64,000 nt of DNA from Nitrosopumilus sp. (lineage in GTDB: Archaea > Thermoproteota > Nitrososphaeria > Nitrososphaerales > Nitrosopumilaceae). The notes beneath the pieces are model-generated. The model was not told the DNA's origin, searched no databases, and saw only the letters and a list, made by a program, of their open reading frames with translations. Made by a program: the position numbers and the translations under genes. The DNA lies in the NCBI GenBank assembly GCA_965249555.1, contig OZ252243.1, positions 1,664,001 to 1,728,000 of the forward strand, in the 5' to 3' direction. How positions within the stretch are numbered: position 1 is the stretch's first letter; each line of letters opens with the position of its first letter. Positions 39,677 to 50,899 of the stretch are shown here, in pieces.

Positions 39677-40798
39677 GTGAATTTTACAAATTTTGATTTT
39701 GATCAACTGTTTGCAATGGGTGATGACACAAACCCCATAATGATGGTAATCTGGATAATCCCAATAATCCTTTTTGTATTTTATGGACAACGAATTCAAC
39801 TGTATATCACTTCAAGTGAAATAAAAAAAGCAATCAAAAAACTTGATAGTTTTAAAGATGAATCAAGGAACGAACTAATTGATTACATTAAAAAAAATTC
39901 AACTCCCAAAGATGACACAATAAAAAAAATTGACCGATTTTTAGATTATTTTACAATTATGCCCGTTGACATGGATCCTAATGGCATAATTGATAAAGTA
40001 AGACATACTGTTAGATCCAGAGAAGATTACACTAGAGAACATGTGAAATTGCTTTCTCCAGAACTCAATGATTTGGAATTAACTAAAGTACAAACTTTAC
40101 TTGAAATTGCTTCTTCATTACAAATGATTTACAAAATTGTTAATCACATGTATTTGACTGCAAAAAAACAAAACAATTACCCTCTAATTTTACCTCTTCA
40201 GATGCTTCTTCCTTTTATAATGGAGCAAGCAGAGGCGATGAAAGAAGCAATTCCTGCATTTAAAGCAGGACAACCTGTTGGAGATGGAATTGGTCCAATA
40301 GTTGTAGGAAAAATGATGTTGGATAGTCATAAAGAAACTGTTGCATTTCAAACTGTTCTTGCAAAAACTGAATTTGAGAACAGAAAATTATTTCTTTTAA
40401 AAGCAGAAGGACCAAGTTCTACTGTTGGAAGACCTGCTGATGCGTTAGAAACAATTGTTTCTAGTAACAAACTTGATGCAATAATTATGATTGATGCTGC
40501 ATTAAAAATGGAAGGTGAAGACTCTGCCTCTATTGCACAAGGTTTTGGTGCAGCCATTGGTGGAATTGGTTTTGATAGATTCCAAATTGAGGCAATTGCT
40601 ACTAGTAATAACATTCCTGTCTTCTCTATAGTGGTTAAACAATCAGTCAAAGAGGCAATTACTTTGATGACAAAAGAAATTGCTGATCAAGCTGATAATG
40701 TACGTTTACAAGTTTATGAAATGATTCAAGAAAACACCAAAGAAGGTCAATCTGTATTGATAATTGGTGTGGGTAATACTGCTGGAGTGCCACAATGA
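39677..40798 (+). CDS. DUF1512 family protein
   Basis: PVGDGIGP, KAEGP, IDAALKMEGE, IGVGNT. Confidence 0.85.
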   Translation: MNFTNFDFDQLFAMGDDTNPIMMVIWIIPIILFVFYGQRIQLYITSSEIKKAIKKLDSFKDESRNELIDYIKKNSTPKDDTIKKIDRFLDYFTIMPVDMDPNGIIDKVRHTVRSREDYTREHVKLLSPELNDLELTKVQTLLEIASSLQMIYKIVNHMYLTAKKQNNYPLILPLQMLLPFIMEQAEAMKEAIPAFKAGQPVGDGIGPIVVGKMMLDSHKETVAFQTVLAKTEFENRKLFLLKAEGPSSTVGRPADALETIVSSNKLDAIIMIDAALKMEGEDSASIAQGFGAAIGGIGFDRFQIEAIATSNNIPVFSIVVKQSVKEAITLMTKEIADQADNVRLQVYEMIQENTKEGQSVLIIGVGNTAGVPQ

Positions 40799-40974
40799 TG
40801 TTCTCTAAGAAAAAAATTACTATTGCATATGCTGTTGAAAAATGTCAAAAATGTGGAACGCTAAGAAAAAGAAAATTTACTGAAGGCGACGTTTTGTTTA
40901 CTGAATCATCAAAATGTACTTCATGTGATGGAATTACAAGTATTGAAAAAATATTTGGCGAAACTATTGAGTAA
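40795..40974 (+). CDS. Zn-ribbon microprotein (59 aa)
   Basis: CQKCG...RKF.EGD...CTSCDG; ATGA overlap with the DUF1512 stop. Confidence 0.75.
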   Translation: MMFSKKKITIAYAVEKCQKCGTLRKRKFTEGDVLFTESSKCTSCDGITSIEKIFGETIE

Positions 40975-40991
40975 TGATTTTTTGATTTGTA

Positions 40992-41438
40992 CTAGACAAC
41001 CTTTGTAAATGAAAGAGATGTTTGCTCAAAACCTATTTTATGGTAAAATTCATGTGAGTTTGTTCTTTGATTACCTGATTCAAGTCTAATCCTGTGACAT
41101 TTTTTCTTTGTTGCAATTTCTACACAATGTTTGATGATTTTTTTTCCAATACCTTTACTCTGATAATTTTTTGCGATTACTAATTCTGAAATATACATTT
41201 CAGGAGTTTTTCTATTCAATCTTGCTAGAAACATGATACTAACTACGCCAATTACATTTCCATCTAGTTTGGCAACTAGAATCTGTTTGTCAGTGTCATT
41301 CATGTATTTTTTTACTTTATTTTCAAATTGTTCTGCTTCTGAATTATTTTGAGGTCTTGGTCTTTCAAGTTCATACAAAAGGCTCAATACCACTGGAATA
41401 TCATTTTTTGATGCTTTTTTTATAATGATATTTTTCAT
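40992..41438 (-). CDS. GNAT acetyltransferase
   Basis: YQSKGIGKK, HEFYHKIGF. Confidence 0.9.
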   Translation of the reverse strand: MKNIIIKKASKNDIPVVLSLLYELERPRPQNNSEAEQFENKVKKYMNDTDKQILVAKLDGNVIGVVSIMFLARLNRKTPEMYISELVIAKNYQSKGIGKKIIKHCVEIATKKKCHRIRLESGNQRTNSHEFYHKIGFEQTSLSFTKVV

Positions 41439-41539
41439 ATTTTTTATGTAATGTGATGTTGTTTAAACAAATCTTCAATTATTAATTCATAATTCTATGC
41501 AAGATTACAAAACCAAAATATTTACAAAAAATAAATATT

Positions 41540-41656
41540 TTATCGAAAGTCTTCATCTGACATTTTTGGCAATGTTATCGTAAAAATAGTAGGTGGGGAC
41601 GTTACAGAAACTGTACCGCCATGTAATTCTATAACTGACTTGACACTTGCAAGGGC
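41540..41656 (-). pseudogene. Histidine kinase HATPase C-terminal remnant
   Basis: LASVKSVIELHGGTVSVTSPPTIFTITLPK. Confidence 0.7.
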
Positions 41657-41678
41657 TCTGGTCACTTCTGACCATTAA

Positions 41679-42593
41679 CTATGCTAGATCACCAGAACTG
41701 ACCAGAGCCGTTGTTACTGTCACTCCATTTTCATTTGGAATGAATGTGTGCTCAGCTTGAGCCACTCTTTGCTCATTTACTTCAATAAGAATAGGATAAG
41801 CTTGAACTGCTTTTTTCTTTATTAAAATTCCTAGCAATTCTCTTGCTTTCTTTTCCTCCCATTCTTTTGTTATCCATCTTAATGCAAATGGTAGCATGTT
41901 AAAATTCTCCCAGATAAAATCAAGTAATCTGTCCGCCTCAGAATCTTTTATCTTCTTTCGTGAATTTATAGCAAAAATATTTTTTATTTGTCCGTTTCTA
42001 ACAAATCCTCCACCTTGTTCTGTTGTTACAAATGGTTCACATGCATACGCGGAATTTTCTGACAGTGCAAATCCTCCAATTGACCAAATGTTTGGAATAG
42101 ATTTTCCAGCATGTATTGTGTATTGTCCTAATGAGTGCCCACTAAGATTTGCAATTGGTTTGAATCCTCTTTGTTTTATTGTGGCTTCAATTGATCTACC
42201 CATATCACTTACTTTCACTCCTGACTTTATCATAGACATTGCATTTCCTAATGCATCTTCAGCTGTTTGAACCAAGCCGTCAAATTGAGCATCATAACAA
42301 ACAGTTACTGCAGTGTCTGCAATGTAGCCATTAATTTGTGCACCCAAATCAATTTTTATTAAATCAGTATCTTTGATTGTAATTGGATCATTTGGTTCTG
42401 CAGTATAATGAGCTGCAACTTCGTTAATGCTCGTATTTACTGGAAATGCACATTTTGCTCCTCTTTTTTTAATTTCTCCTTCAACTTCTTCACAAATTTC
42501 ATAAACTGTTTTCCCAATCCAATTTTTTACTCTAACCATCTCTCTTACTTCTGAAGCAATTTTTCCTGCTTTGATGTAATCATCGATTTGCAT
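41679..42593 (-). CDS. map: Methionine aminopeptidase type II
   Basis: AAHYT, KIDLG..INGYIADTA, NLSGH, CEPF, AQAEHT. Confidence 0.96.
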   Translation of the reverse strand: MQIDDYIKAGKIASEVREMVRVKNWIGKTVYEICEEVEGEIKKRGAKCAFPVNTSINEVAAHYTAEPNDPITIKDTDLIKIDLGAQINGYIADTAVTVCYDAQFDGLVQTAEDALGNAMSMIKSGVKVSDMGRSIEATIKQRGFKPIANLSGHSLGQYTIHAGKSIPNIWSIGGFALSENSAYACEPFVTTEQGGGFVRNGQIKNIFAINSRKKIKDSEADRLLDFIWENFNMLPFALRWITKEWEEKKARELLGILIKKKAVQAYPILIEVNEQRVAQAEHTFIPNENGVTVTTALVSSGDLA

Positions 42594-42673
42594 ATTCTTG
42601 ATCTTTGGGGTGCCTTTAAAATGATTATCTGAAGATTTGACTTCTTACCATATGGCTAAATCTCTTGCATGTT

Positions 42674-42961
42674 CTATTTTTCGTTCAACATTTTGGGTAA
42701 AATTACCGAAAATACTGATGGGGAACTATTGTAAACTATTTTTCCACCATGCTGCTCTACAATCATTTTACAAATGGATAATCCCAAACCACTTCCATGT
42801 GATTTAGTTGAAAACATAGGCTCAAACGCCTTTGATTCAACTCCTGCTTTGATCCCAATACCTGAATCTTCAAATCCTATCTCTATGTACTCTTTATTCT
42901 CACTTACTCTGATCTTAATGTATCCGTCATTGTTAATTGTCTCAAGTGCATTTGTTAGCAA
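42674..42961 (-). pseudogene. Orphan HATPase_c fragment of a sensor kinase
   Basis: N, G1 (DSGIGI), F, G2 (GSGLGL) boxes; no H-box or sensor upstream. Confidence 0.78.
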
Positions 42962-43097
42962 GTTTGTAAAAACAGCTACTCAAATTGGCAAATCATTTGT
43001 GCTAAATGAAAATTATACCTAATTTTTATAATGAGTAAAAAGATCTGAATGCTTTTGCATCTGTGAAGCTTAAATTGGACAACTTTTAGGATTCACT

Positions 43098-43174
43098 GGG
43101 ATCGTGGTCTAGCTTGGTATGATTCTGCGTTTGGGACGCAGAGGTCGCGAATTCAAATTTCGCCGATCCCACCA
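43098..43174 (+). tRNA. tRNA-Pro (TGG), CCA encoded
   Basis: Acceptor GGGATCG/CGATCCC, anticodon arm CTGCG-TTTGGGA-CGCAG, T-loop TTCAAAT. Confidence 0.95.
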
Positions 43175-43372
43175 CTAATCATCATCTTATTATCAAATTA
43201 TCATTCAGTATTATTGCCGAGCAATGAAGAAGAGTTAGAGTAATGACTTTGAAAGCAATTTTCCAGATGACTATAATTATTCTTCATGGATATGATAAAT
43301 AATGGGTGGACGAGAAAATCACTACAAAAAGATCATGAATACTGATTACTCAATAGATCGGGATCAATCAAA

Positions 43373-43747
43373 TTGAATAGGGTAAAAAATTCAAGAGTAA
43401 AAAATAAAGATCAATTAAATATCTATAATTTATCAAATAAATTAATAACTAGAATGACAATGCTAGGATTATTAATCCTAGCTCTCAGTATAAGCACAAT
43501 ACCTGCATTTGCAGAGACAGAAAATTTATCACCATACAAACAATTCAATTCTGGAATACCAATTGATGAAATACAATGTAGAGATTCAAAAATTCTTCTA
43601 GAATCACCTAGTGGAAAACCATCTTGTGTGAATGACACATCAGTGGAAAAACTAAATCAAAGAGGATTTGTTGAAATTACAACAAATTATGAAACATCTG
43701 TTTTAAATTCAAATGTTATAGAATCTAAAACAATTACAGTACCATAA
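43373..43747 (+). CDS. Secreted protein, probably truncated (thaumarchaeal Cys-pair domain)
   Basis: Signal peptide plus SPYKQF..GI...IQC...SPSGKPSCV...LNQRG. Confidence 0.65.
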   Translation: MNRVKNSRVKNKDQLNIYNLSNKLITRMTMLGLLILALSISTIPAFAETENLSPYKQFNSGIPIDEIQCRDSKILLESPSGKPSCVNDTSVEKLNQRGFVEITTNYETSVLNSNVIESKTITVP

Positions 43748-43768
43748 TGCTAGTAGAGAAATATTACA

Positions 43769-43879
43769 ATGAAAAAGATTGAATCTGAATGTTTTTGTGG
43801 CTATGATAAAAAACATCATAATGTAAATGGGTTTTGCAATAAATGTACCTGTACTAAATTTACAACTACATTATATTAA
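43769..43879 (+). CDS. Cys/His-rich microprotein (36 aa)
   Basis: MKKIESECFCGYDKKHHNVNGFCNKCTCTKFTTTLY. Confidence 0.45.
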   Translation: MKKIESECFCGYDKKHHNVNGFCNKCTCTKFTTTLY

Positions 43880-44357
43880 AAATGTGAATTAAACTATTGA
43901 AGCCTCAACAAGTTTTTATTTTAGGTTAATTCAATTATTTTATGGATTGTAATAGTTGTCTTAGCTTAGAAAAGATGATAATTCTTTATGGTAAAAATCA
44001 GTGTTTTATAGATTTGAAGAATAGCCATAAAAAATTAGCACATAAATAAATCGATACATAAGAGATAAATCAAAAAATATTTTGTAGTCAATCAGATCTC
44101 ATTATATTATTGAATGTCAAAATGTACTTGTACTAAATATTATAATTCATTAAGATAATCGGGATATTTTTTTTAAGCATACTTGAATCTATCTTTTTTT
44201 CGATTTTTATGTAATGTATAATTTTTATCCCAATATATTGAACAGCATTTGAGATGCGGACAAGCTGTGGGGTTATAGAATTTGGATACACAGATTTTAG
44301 GTATAGTTTGTATTAGGAATACAAGATTTTTATACCGATTTTTTTTAATTAAATAAA

Positions 44358-45458
44358 TTGAATTATTTTGGGTTTTTTATTATTGGGTTTTTAGTTTCAA
44401 TTATTGCAATACCAGGAGCTTATGCAGATACACAATGCAAAGAATATTACCTACCAAATCAATATCAATACGAAATAATTACACCACTAGATCATTCAAT
44501 TACAAATGGAAAATTTTTACAGCTTTGTGCTGAACCAAATTATTTATGGTATAAAATTTATCTTGATACTCTAGAGGCTGGAAGCCTTACAATAACAGTT
44601 CCAAAAGACCAACTTGATTTAAAACAATTTGATTATGAGTCCTGTTATCCTAATGACTTGAAAACAAATATTGACTATGATAGGACTATAACGGTAACCC
44701 AAATTGCACAAACTGATACTTCACGCACTTTAAAATTTACTTGGATTGACCCTATAACTTTTATTGAATATTTTGGAACTCATGCTATTCTTGATGGTGT
44801 TGATTATTCTGAACCTAATTGGTGTATCGGTTTAGTTGATAGTTTTCTTGAGAATGGAGAAAATGATAGAATAATTAAAAACGACAATAATTGGAAAATG
44901 GTTAATTCTTCGGATGTTGATATTGAAAAAAGAAATTATGTACCTGACTCATATTGTCCTAGTCAGATTAATCTCAATTATACTATTTCACAAGGTAGTG
45001 TCGACAAGATTTGCAGAGATGTTGATAATAATATGTTTACTTTTTTTACTAGTGATATTATTAATATTAGTAAATTAACTGTTGATATTTCTTATGATTA
45101 TTATTCTAATTTTCATGATTATAGTCCTATTGAGATGCTTGTTTATTATCCAATTATTGTGTCTAATGGACAAGAAATTCCTCATTTAGTTACAATAAAG
45201 AATAAAGAAAATTTCCAAACTTTTCAAATCATATTATTACCCAACACTAAAACAGTTGAGTTTGTTTATCCATTTTTACTAGGTTCTAATGATTCTATAA
45301 AATATATTTCTAAAACAGTTGATCTTGATTTAGAAAAAAAACTATGCAAATCTGATTTTGTATCTTTAATGAAATTTGATAAAAGTAAATCTGTTTGTGT
45401 GAAACCCTCATCTGTTGAACCATTAATTCAACGTGGTTATGGTTTTATTGATACCTGA
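44358..45458 (+). CDS. Secreted/surface protein with two beta-rich repeats
   Basis: Signal peptide, internal duplication (HSITNG/YTISQG), C-terminal C...CVKPSSVEPLIQRG. Confidence 0.75.
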   Translation: MNYFGFFIIGFLVSIIAIPGAYADTQCKEYYLPNQYQYEIITPLDHSITNGKFLQLCAEPNYLWYKIYLDTLEAGSLTITVPKDQLDLKQFDYESCYPNDLKTNIDYDRTITVTQIAQTDTSRTLKFTWIDPITFIEYFGTHAILDGVDYSEPNWCIGLVDSFLENGENDRIIKNDNNWKMVNSSDVDIEKRNYVPDSYCPSQINLNYTISQGSVDKICRDVDNNMFTFFTSDIINISKLTVDISYDYYSNFHDYSPIEMLVYYPIIVSNGQEIPHLVTIKNKENFQTFQIILLPNTKTVEFVYPFLLGSNDSIKYISKTVDLDLEKKLCKSDFVSLMKFDKSKSVCVKPSSVEPLIQRGYGFIDT

Positions 45459-45656
45459 TATTTTAATGCTGAAATTAGAATGATATTATAAAAGATCACT
45501 TTTACACATATTTTGATAAAAACTAGGTTTGATTTTGATATTTAGATGATTATTTTGTGATCTCTATTCTACAGATCATTTTTATAGAAAAATATATTCA
45601 TTCTATAGGTATATGCACAGACAAAATTAACAATCATATTATTCTTTTCATTATTA

Positions 45657-46148
45657 ATGTTAATACCAAGTATTGTAAATACATCTCAACAAGCTGATGC
45701 TACAATAGATGAGAATCTTTACAAATTTGATACAGGATTTTATGAAAAAATTGAACAGTTACAATTAGATTTAGAAAATGAAAAGAAGCAATCAGATACA
45801 AGAGAACAACAAATAATCCCAACACATTCTGTAATTATTGTAACTAATGATGGTTTTGAAACTCAACTAAATGAATTGTTACAAAATGTTAATTCTATAA
45901 TTGTTTTTACTGATACTGAATTAGATTGTGTAATTGCAGAAATTCCAATTGATCAAATTATACCTCTTGTGTTAAATGAAAGTGTTGTAAAAATTGGTGA
46001 TGGTGAAGAACAGCTTGAACTTCAAGGTCTTACAATGACACAAGCTAAAACGGTAATTGGAGCTAGTAATATTCCTTCATCTGCTTATTCTTATACGGGA
46101 CAAGGCATTACAGTTGGTATTATTGATACTGGCGTAGATATAAGGTAG
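45657..46148 (+). pseudogene. Subtilase (S8) truncated just after the catalytic Asp
   Basis: Propeptide then YTGQGITVGIIDTGVD followed by a stop; no His/Ser motifs downstream. Confidence 0.8.
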
Positions 46149-46404
46149 GTCTCTGTGTATCATATTTTTGGCTATCAATTAATTCCTCAATTTTTCCAAT
46201 GTCAAACTCCATTACAGTAATAACACAAATTCAATAAATTAAACTTTTTTTATATTACCAGTTCTTAGATATATTGTTGAATAGAGAAACGTTAAAGCCA
46301 ATTATAAGCAAAAATGCTTTTAAAGTAACGACTTTGAAATGAAGACAACTAATTGGCTCTGAGCTCCGGCATGTTTTTATTAATTCTAGGATGTCATAAT
46401 TTTA

Positions 46405-46650
46405 TTGAAATTTGAAAGACGAGATATTCTTTTGATTGTGGGGCTCTTGCTTTTTATGATTGGTCTGATACCTTTCATGGGTCTTGCTTATGCCGTGATT
46501 ATTGTAGTAATCATGTATTTTATGATCAAAGTGTATGTGGGAAAGCGAAAACAATCCATTGAAAGAGACGTAGGCGAAGGAATCTGTATGGAATGTGGTT
46601 CTAAAATAATCAATAAGAAATGCCCTACTTGTGATGATTCTCAGGAATAA
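46405..46650 (+). CDS. Small membrane protein with C-terminal Zn ribbon
   Basis: 2 TMs plus CMECG...CPTC. Confidence 0.8.
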   Translation: MKFERRDILLIVGLLLFMIGLIPFMGLAYAVIIVVIMYFMIKVYVGKRKQSIERDVGEGICMECGSKIINKKCPTCDDSQE

Positions 46651-47085
46651 TTCCTACATGATTCCTCAGCATGCCTAAGTTAATACAAAATGTACCATCT
46701 TTCACTGTTTGGTCGTTTTAAGCATACAAATCATAAATTGTATTATTCCTTAGAATGAGGCGTTTGAATTCAAAAATTATCCCTATTGTTATTGTGCCGA
46801 TAGTTATCGGGTTGGTAATATTTTCAATATCTGGTAATTTTAATTCAAAACTCTCTAGTTCAAATCACATGCAATTACTAACTATCAAATGAAGATTTGT
46901 GTTCAAAACTCTTTTTTATTCAAGGATAATTCATACGAATCCTCTAAATAATAAAAAACAGTTCTTTTACGCATGAAAAACCAACAAAGAGTTGTATTTC
47001 TGAGGTCAACTTTAACCACAAGCTCAACTTTTCCTCAATTTCATTCTAAAATGAGTCCTTTAGTCATCCAAATTAGGAAACAGCA

Positions 47086-50000
47086 ATGAATCGGAATCTG
47101 TCGATAGTATTTTCTATATTCCTACTTGTAGGAATCATAGTTCCAGCATATGCTCAGACTAGCCCTGATAATGTTGTAATTAATGAAGTGGACATTAATC
47201 CTCCTGGTGATGATTCATCATCTATATCTGAATGGGTAGAACTTTACAATCCAACTGATTCTGATATTGACTTGAGTGGTTGGGAAATTGCATCTACCAC
47301 TGTTCTCAAAAAAACAATGACTATTTCTTCTGGTATAATACTTGAACCAGGACAATTTTTAACATATTCATATCAAACTGTTTGGTTTACTGATTCAAGT
47401 GAATCCGTTGAACTTAGAGATGAAAACGGAATTGTTATTGATAAGACTCCTGTACTTACTGATATTCAAAATGACTTTACGTCATGGCAGAGAATTTATG
47501 ATGGTTATGATTTGGATAGTTCTAATGATTGGAAATTTGTTACCTCTACGGCTGGTTCATCAAATGGAAAACTAATTGCAACACAAGACTCGGAAGAAAT
47601 TATTGTAACCATCTCATCAGAAAAACCTTCTTATCTATTCGGTGAAGTTGCAGTACTTGAAGGACATATTCCTGAACAAGTTTTCATTGCTCCTTCATTT
47701 ATTCTCCCCGAACCAATCATAGTAACTATTTCAGGTCCTAACTTTGACAAAATTCTAACTCTATATCCTGATCTAAATCTAAATTATGACGCTACTCTTA
47801 GTTTACAACAAGTTCTTGGAATCAATGAAGGAGTTTATGATGTAACTGTAGATTATGCTGGAGCAACAGCAAATACAAGTTTTTCAGTTGGATTTGAATT
47901 AATTGAACTAGAAGAAAAAGTAGATGGCTCACTTAGTATTCTTACTGATAGTTCTCAATATCTTCCAGGACAAACTGTTTCGATTTCCGGTTTTGCTGAT
48001 GAAATAATTCCTTTTGAGGGAATGAAATTTACTGTTACAGATTCTCAAGATGTGGTGATTTCTACTGGAAATCTATTTCCAACTAACGGTGAATTTGCAA
48101 CTAGTGTATTTTTAACAACTATATCCCCAGACTATGGAACTTATGAGATTAATGCTGAATATTCAGGCAAGTCTGTTTCTACTACTTTTGAGGTTGTAGA
48201 GGACATTAAAGAAGATGTACCAATCTCACTTTGGACTGATAAAATAGCTTATGGTTTAGGCGATACTGTAACAGTTACTGGAAGAGTAAACACTCATTGG
48301 ATAAATGCACTTGATTTGGATATACAACAGACCACCAATCTTGCTTTAGGTGTAGGTGATCAGTCTGGTGGTGGTTCTTCTTTCAAAATTCAGGATATCG
48401 TAAGACTTGATGGTGATAGTAAATTTGAATATTCATTTACTATTCCAATTAGTGATTCACGATTGGGTGATTATTGGATACAAGTTGCCAAAGATGTTGG
48501 CTCTGCCTCTACCATAATTCACGTAGTTTCAAATCCTAGTGAATTTGTTGTTTCTGATGACCCTCTAACAATTAGTTCTGATAAAAAAATCTATGAACTT
48601 GGTGATGATATGATCGTTAGTGGATTTATCAAAGACCCATTTAGTAATTCAAGTTATAAAACTGGAACGACTGTAGATATTTCTGTTTCACATGAAGATG
48701 GAACTCCTCTAGAGATAATTGGTTTGCCAGGAGGCAAAAAATTATCGACTAACGGTATAGTTGTTGCTTATGCCTTTACAGCAATTCCTGAAACTTCTGG
48801 AGGCTATTCACTCAAAATTGATATTGATCAACTTATCTTCACTGCAGGAAATTATATTTTAAAATCTCAATATTTAGATGAGACTGCAACACAAACATTC
48901 ACAATCATTGATTCTCTTGATTTGACAGATGGAGCGATTATTTCAATTGACCAAGAAGTTTATGGTCTGAGTAATACTGTCTATTTGACTGGTATATTAC
49001 CTCCTACTAGTGATACAAGTGTTGAAATCTCATTAACTAAACCAGATGGAACCATAATCAATTCTGGTGCAACTGTTGACAATCAACGTTTTTCCTGGTC
49101 TTGGGTTACTCCAATTGCTGAAAAATATCAAAATATCAAAACTGACGATGGACGGGATGTGCTAAAATCTAATTTTGGAGTCTACAAAATTAGGGTTGCT
49201 ACTTCCACTTATAGTACTGATCTCTTCTTCAAAGTCTCTGCTGATCCGGAAAATGACTCTTTATCTTCAACACCTCTCTTTGTGTCCACTGACAAATCAC
49301 TGTACAAGGCAGGTGACACATTAAAAGTAATTGGAAATGTCATCAAACTTGAACAAGGAGATGAAGGATTAATAGTTCCAGAAAGAGTACAGATCAAAGT
49401 GTCTGATGGATCTTTCCCATTCAAACTAATTCATGAATCTTTTGTTTATCCAGATCAAGGTGGTGAATTCTCAAGTAACTTTGAATTACCTATTACCATT
49501 TTTAGTGAAGGACAATATACTGTAAAAGCACTTTACGTCAATACTAATGTTGTAGTGGAATTTAGCGTAGCTAATGATTTTGTTTTCGGTACTGATGTAC
49601 CGTTATCTCTTTTAGTAACTACTGACAAATCAGAATATTATCTTGGTGATACCGTAATAATTAATGGAAAGCCAAGTAAGTTGATCTATCTTGAAAAATT
49701 TGATGTAAGTGTTATTCAAAAAGTAGATTCTGGGATCACATGTGGCTCATTTATTTGTGGCGCCAACACTGGACCTGTTGTTTCTATTAGTCCAAGTCCT
49801 TCTGGTTCATTTACTTATGAATTCCCAATTCCTGATTCCATGTCATCTATTGGATCATACGAAGTAACAGTTGATGCTAACTTTGATGCAATAACTATCC
49901 CATTTGTTGTAATTGAAAAACCTGAAACACCAAAATATGATACTGTAATTGAAAAAGAAAACCGAATCTCTGAAAAAATGATTTCTATTTTTACTGAGGA

Positions 50001-50373
50001 AAAAACTACTGATGATGTAACTCTTGCACCTAGGGTTATTTCTGGTTCTTTGATTACTCCATCAAGAGATGATGAATCCAATGTTAATCTGAAAGTATCT
50101 ACTGTAACTGGTATCTGCATTATTGGTCCCGGTGATGATTGTTTGGTAAATGAATCTACCAGAAAACAAGGCCAAATCTATGATATTGTTGAAGTTGATG
50201 GAATTAGTCTTAATGTGAGATATAGTGGTCCTGATGTGCGCCTAGAAAAATTCAGCATTTTACCTGAATCATCTATTGAATTTTTGCCTGATGTAAATTG
50301 GAACGTTGAAGTCATTAAAGATGACCAAGTTTCACGATTCTATTACAAAGTCATATACAAGACTTTAGAGTAA
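47086..50373 (+). CDS. Large secreted protein: lamin-tail domain plus MG2-like Ig repeats
   Basis: VVINEV...EWVELYNPT; about seven TDKxxYxxGDTV.I.G repeats. Confidence 0.88.
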   Translation: MNRNLSIVFSIFLLVGIIVPAYAQTSPDNVVINEVDINPPGDDSSSISEWVELYNPTDSDIDLSGWEIASTTVLKKTMTISSGIILEPGQFLTYSYQTVWFTDSSESVELRDENGIVIDKTPVLTDIQNDFTSWQRIYDGYDLDSSNDWKFVTSTAGSSNGKLIATQDSEEIIVTISSEKPSYLFGEVAVLEGHIPEQVFIAPSFILPEPIIVTISGPNFDKILTLYPDLNLNYDATLSLQQVLGINEGVYDVTVDYAGATANTSFSVGFELIELEEKVDGSLSILTDSSQYLPGQTVSISGFADEIIPFEGMKFTVTDSQDVVISTGNLFPTNGEFATSVFLTTISPDYGTYEINAEYSGKSVSTTFEVVEDIKEDVPISLWTDKIAYGLGDTVTVTGRVNTHWINALDLDIQQTTNLALGVGDQSGGGSSFKIQDIVRLDGDSKFEYSFTIPISDSRLGDYWIQVAKDVGSASTIIHVVSNPSEFVVSDDPLTISSDKKIYELGDDMIVSGFIKDPFSNSSYKTGTTVDISVSHEDGTPLEIIGLPGGKKLSTNGIVVAYAFTAIPETSGGYSLKIDIDQLIFTAGNYILKSQYLDETATQTFTIIDSLDLTDGAIISIDQEVYGLSNTVYLTGILPPTSDTSVEISLTKPDGTIINSGATVDNQRFSWSWVTPIAEKYQNIKTDDGRDVLKSNFGVYKIRVATSTYSTDLFFKVSADPENDSLSSTPLFVSTDKSLYKAGDTLKVIGNVIKLEQGDEGLIVPERVQIKVSDGSFPFKLIHESFVYPDQGGEFSSNFELPITIFSEGQYTVKALYVNTNVVVEFSVANDFVFGTDVPLSLLVTTDKSEYYLGDTVIINGKPSKLIYLEKFDVSVIQKVDSGITCGSFICGANTGPVVSISPSPSGSFTYEFPIPDSMSSIGSYEVTVDANFDAITIPFVVIEKPETPKYDTVIEKENRISEKMISIFTEEKTTDDVTLAPRVISGSLITPSRDDESNVNLKVSTVTGICIIGPGDDCLVNESTRKQGQIYDIVEVDGISLNVRYSGPDVRLEKFSILPESSIEFLPDVNWNVEVIKDDQVSRFYYKVIYKTLE

Positions 50374-50398
50374 ATTCAAAATACTGTTCATTTCATAA

Positions 50399-50899
50399 TT
50401 GAGTGAAGTGAAGTTACAAGTTTTGATGTTTTATCAAGATGATCCAAAAAAATGCACAGCTGCCAAGATGGTAAAATTTGGTCTTGCTCAAAACATCAAA
50501 AAGATTGGCAATAAAGGATTAGTTTTAGATCCTTTTTCTGAAAAGACTTTACTACCTAAAGATAAATCTTCGATTAATTCTATTATTGGAATTGATTGCT
50601 CTTGGAATTTAACAGACCAGGTATTTTCTAAAAAATTTAATGGTATTAAACGAAAACTTCCGCCACTACTTGCAGGAAATCCTGTAAATTATACAAAACT
50701 AAACAAACTAACTACTGCTGAAGCATTGTCTGCATCATTATTCATTTTAGGTTTTAAAGAACAAGGTTTAGAATTACTTGATAAATTCAAATGGGGACAT
50801 ACTTTCTATGAACTCAATCAAAACCTTCTAGATGAATACTCGAAACTTGAAAATGAAGACCAAATAGAACAAATTCTCAAAGATTTTGGATTGTTATAG
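50399..50899 (+). CDS. tsr3: 16S rRNA aminocarboxypropyltransferase Tsr3 (DUF367)
   Basis: DDPKKCT, DCSW, LP.LLAGNPVNY, FKWGHTF. Confidence 0.93.
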   Translation: MSEVKLQVLMFYQDDPKKCTAAKMVKFGLAQNIKKIGNKGLVLDPFSEKTLLPKDKSSINSIIGIDCSWNLTDQVFSKKFNGIKRKLPPLLAGNPVNYTKLNKLTTAEALSASLFILGFKEQGLELLDKFKWGHTFYELNQNLLDEYSKLENEDQIEQILKDFGLL

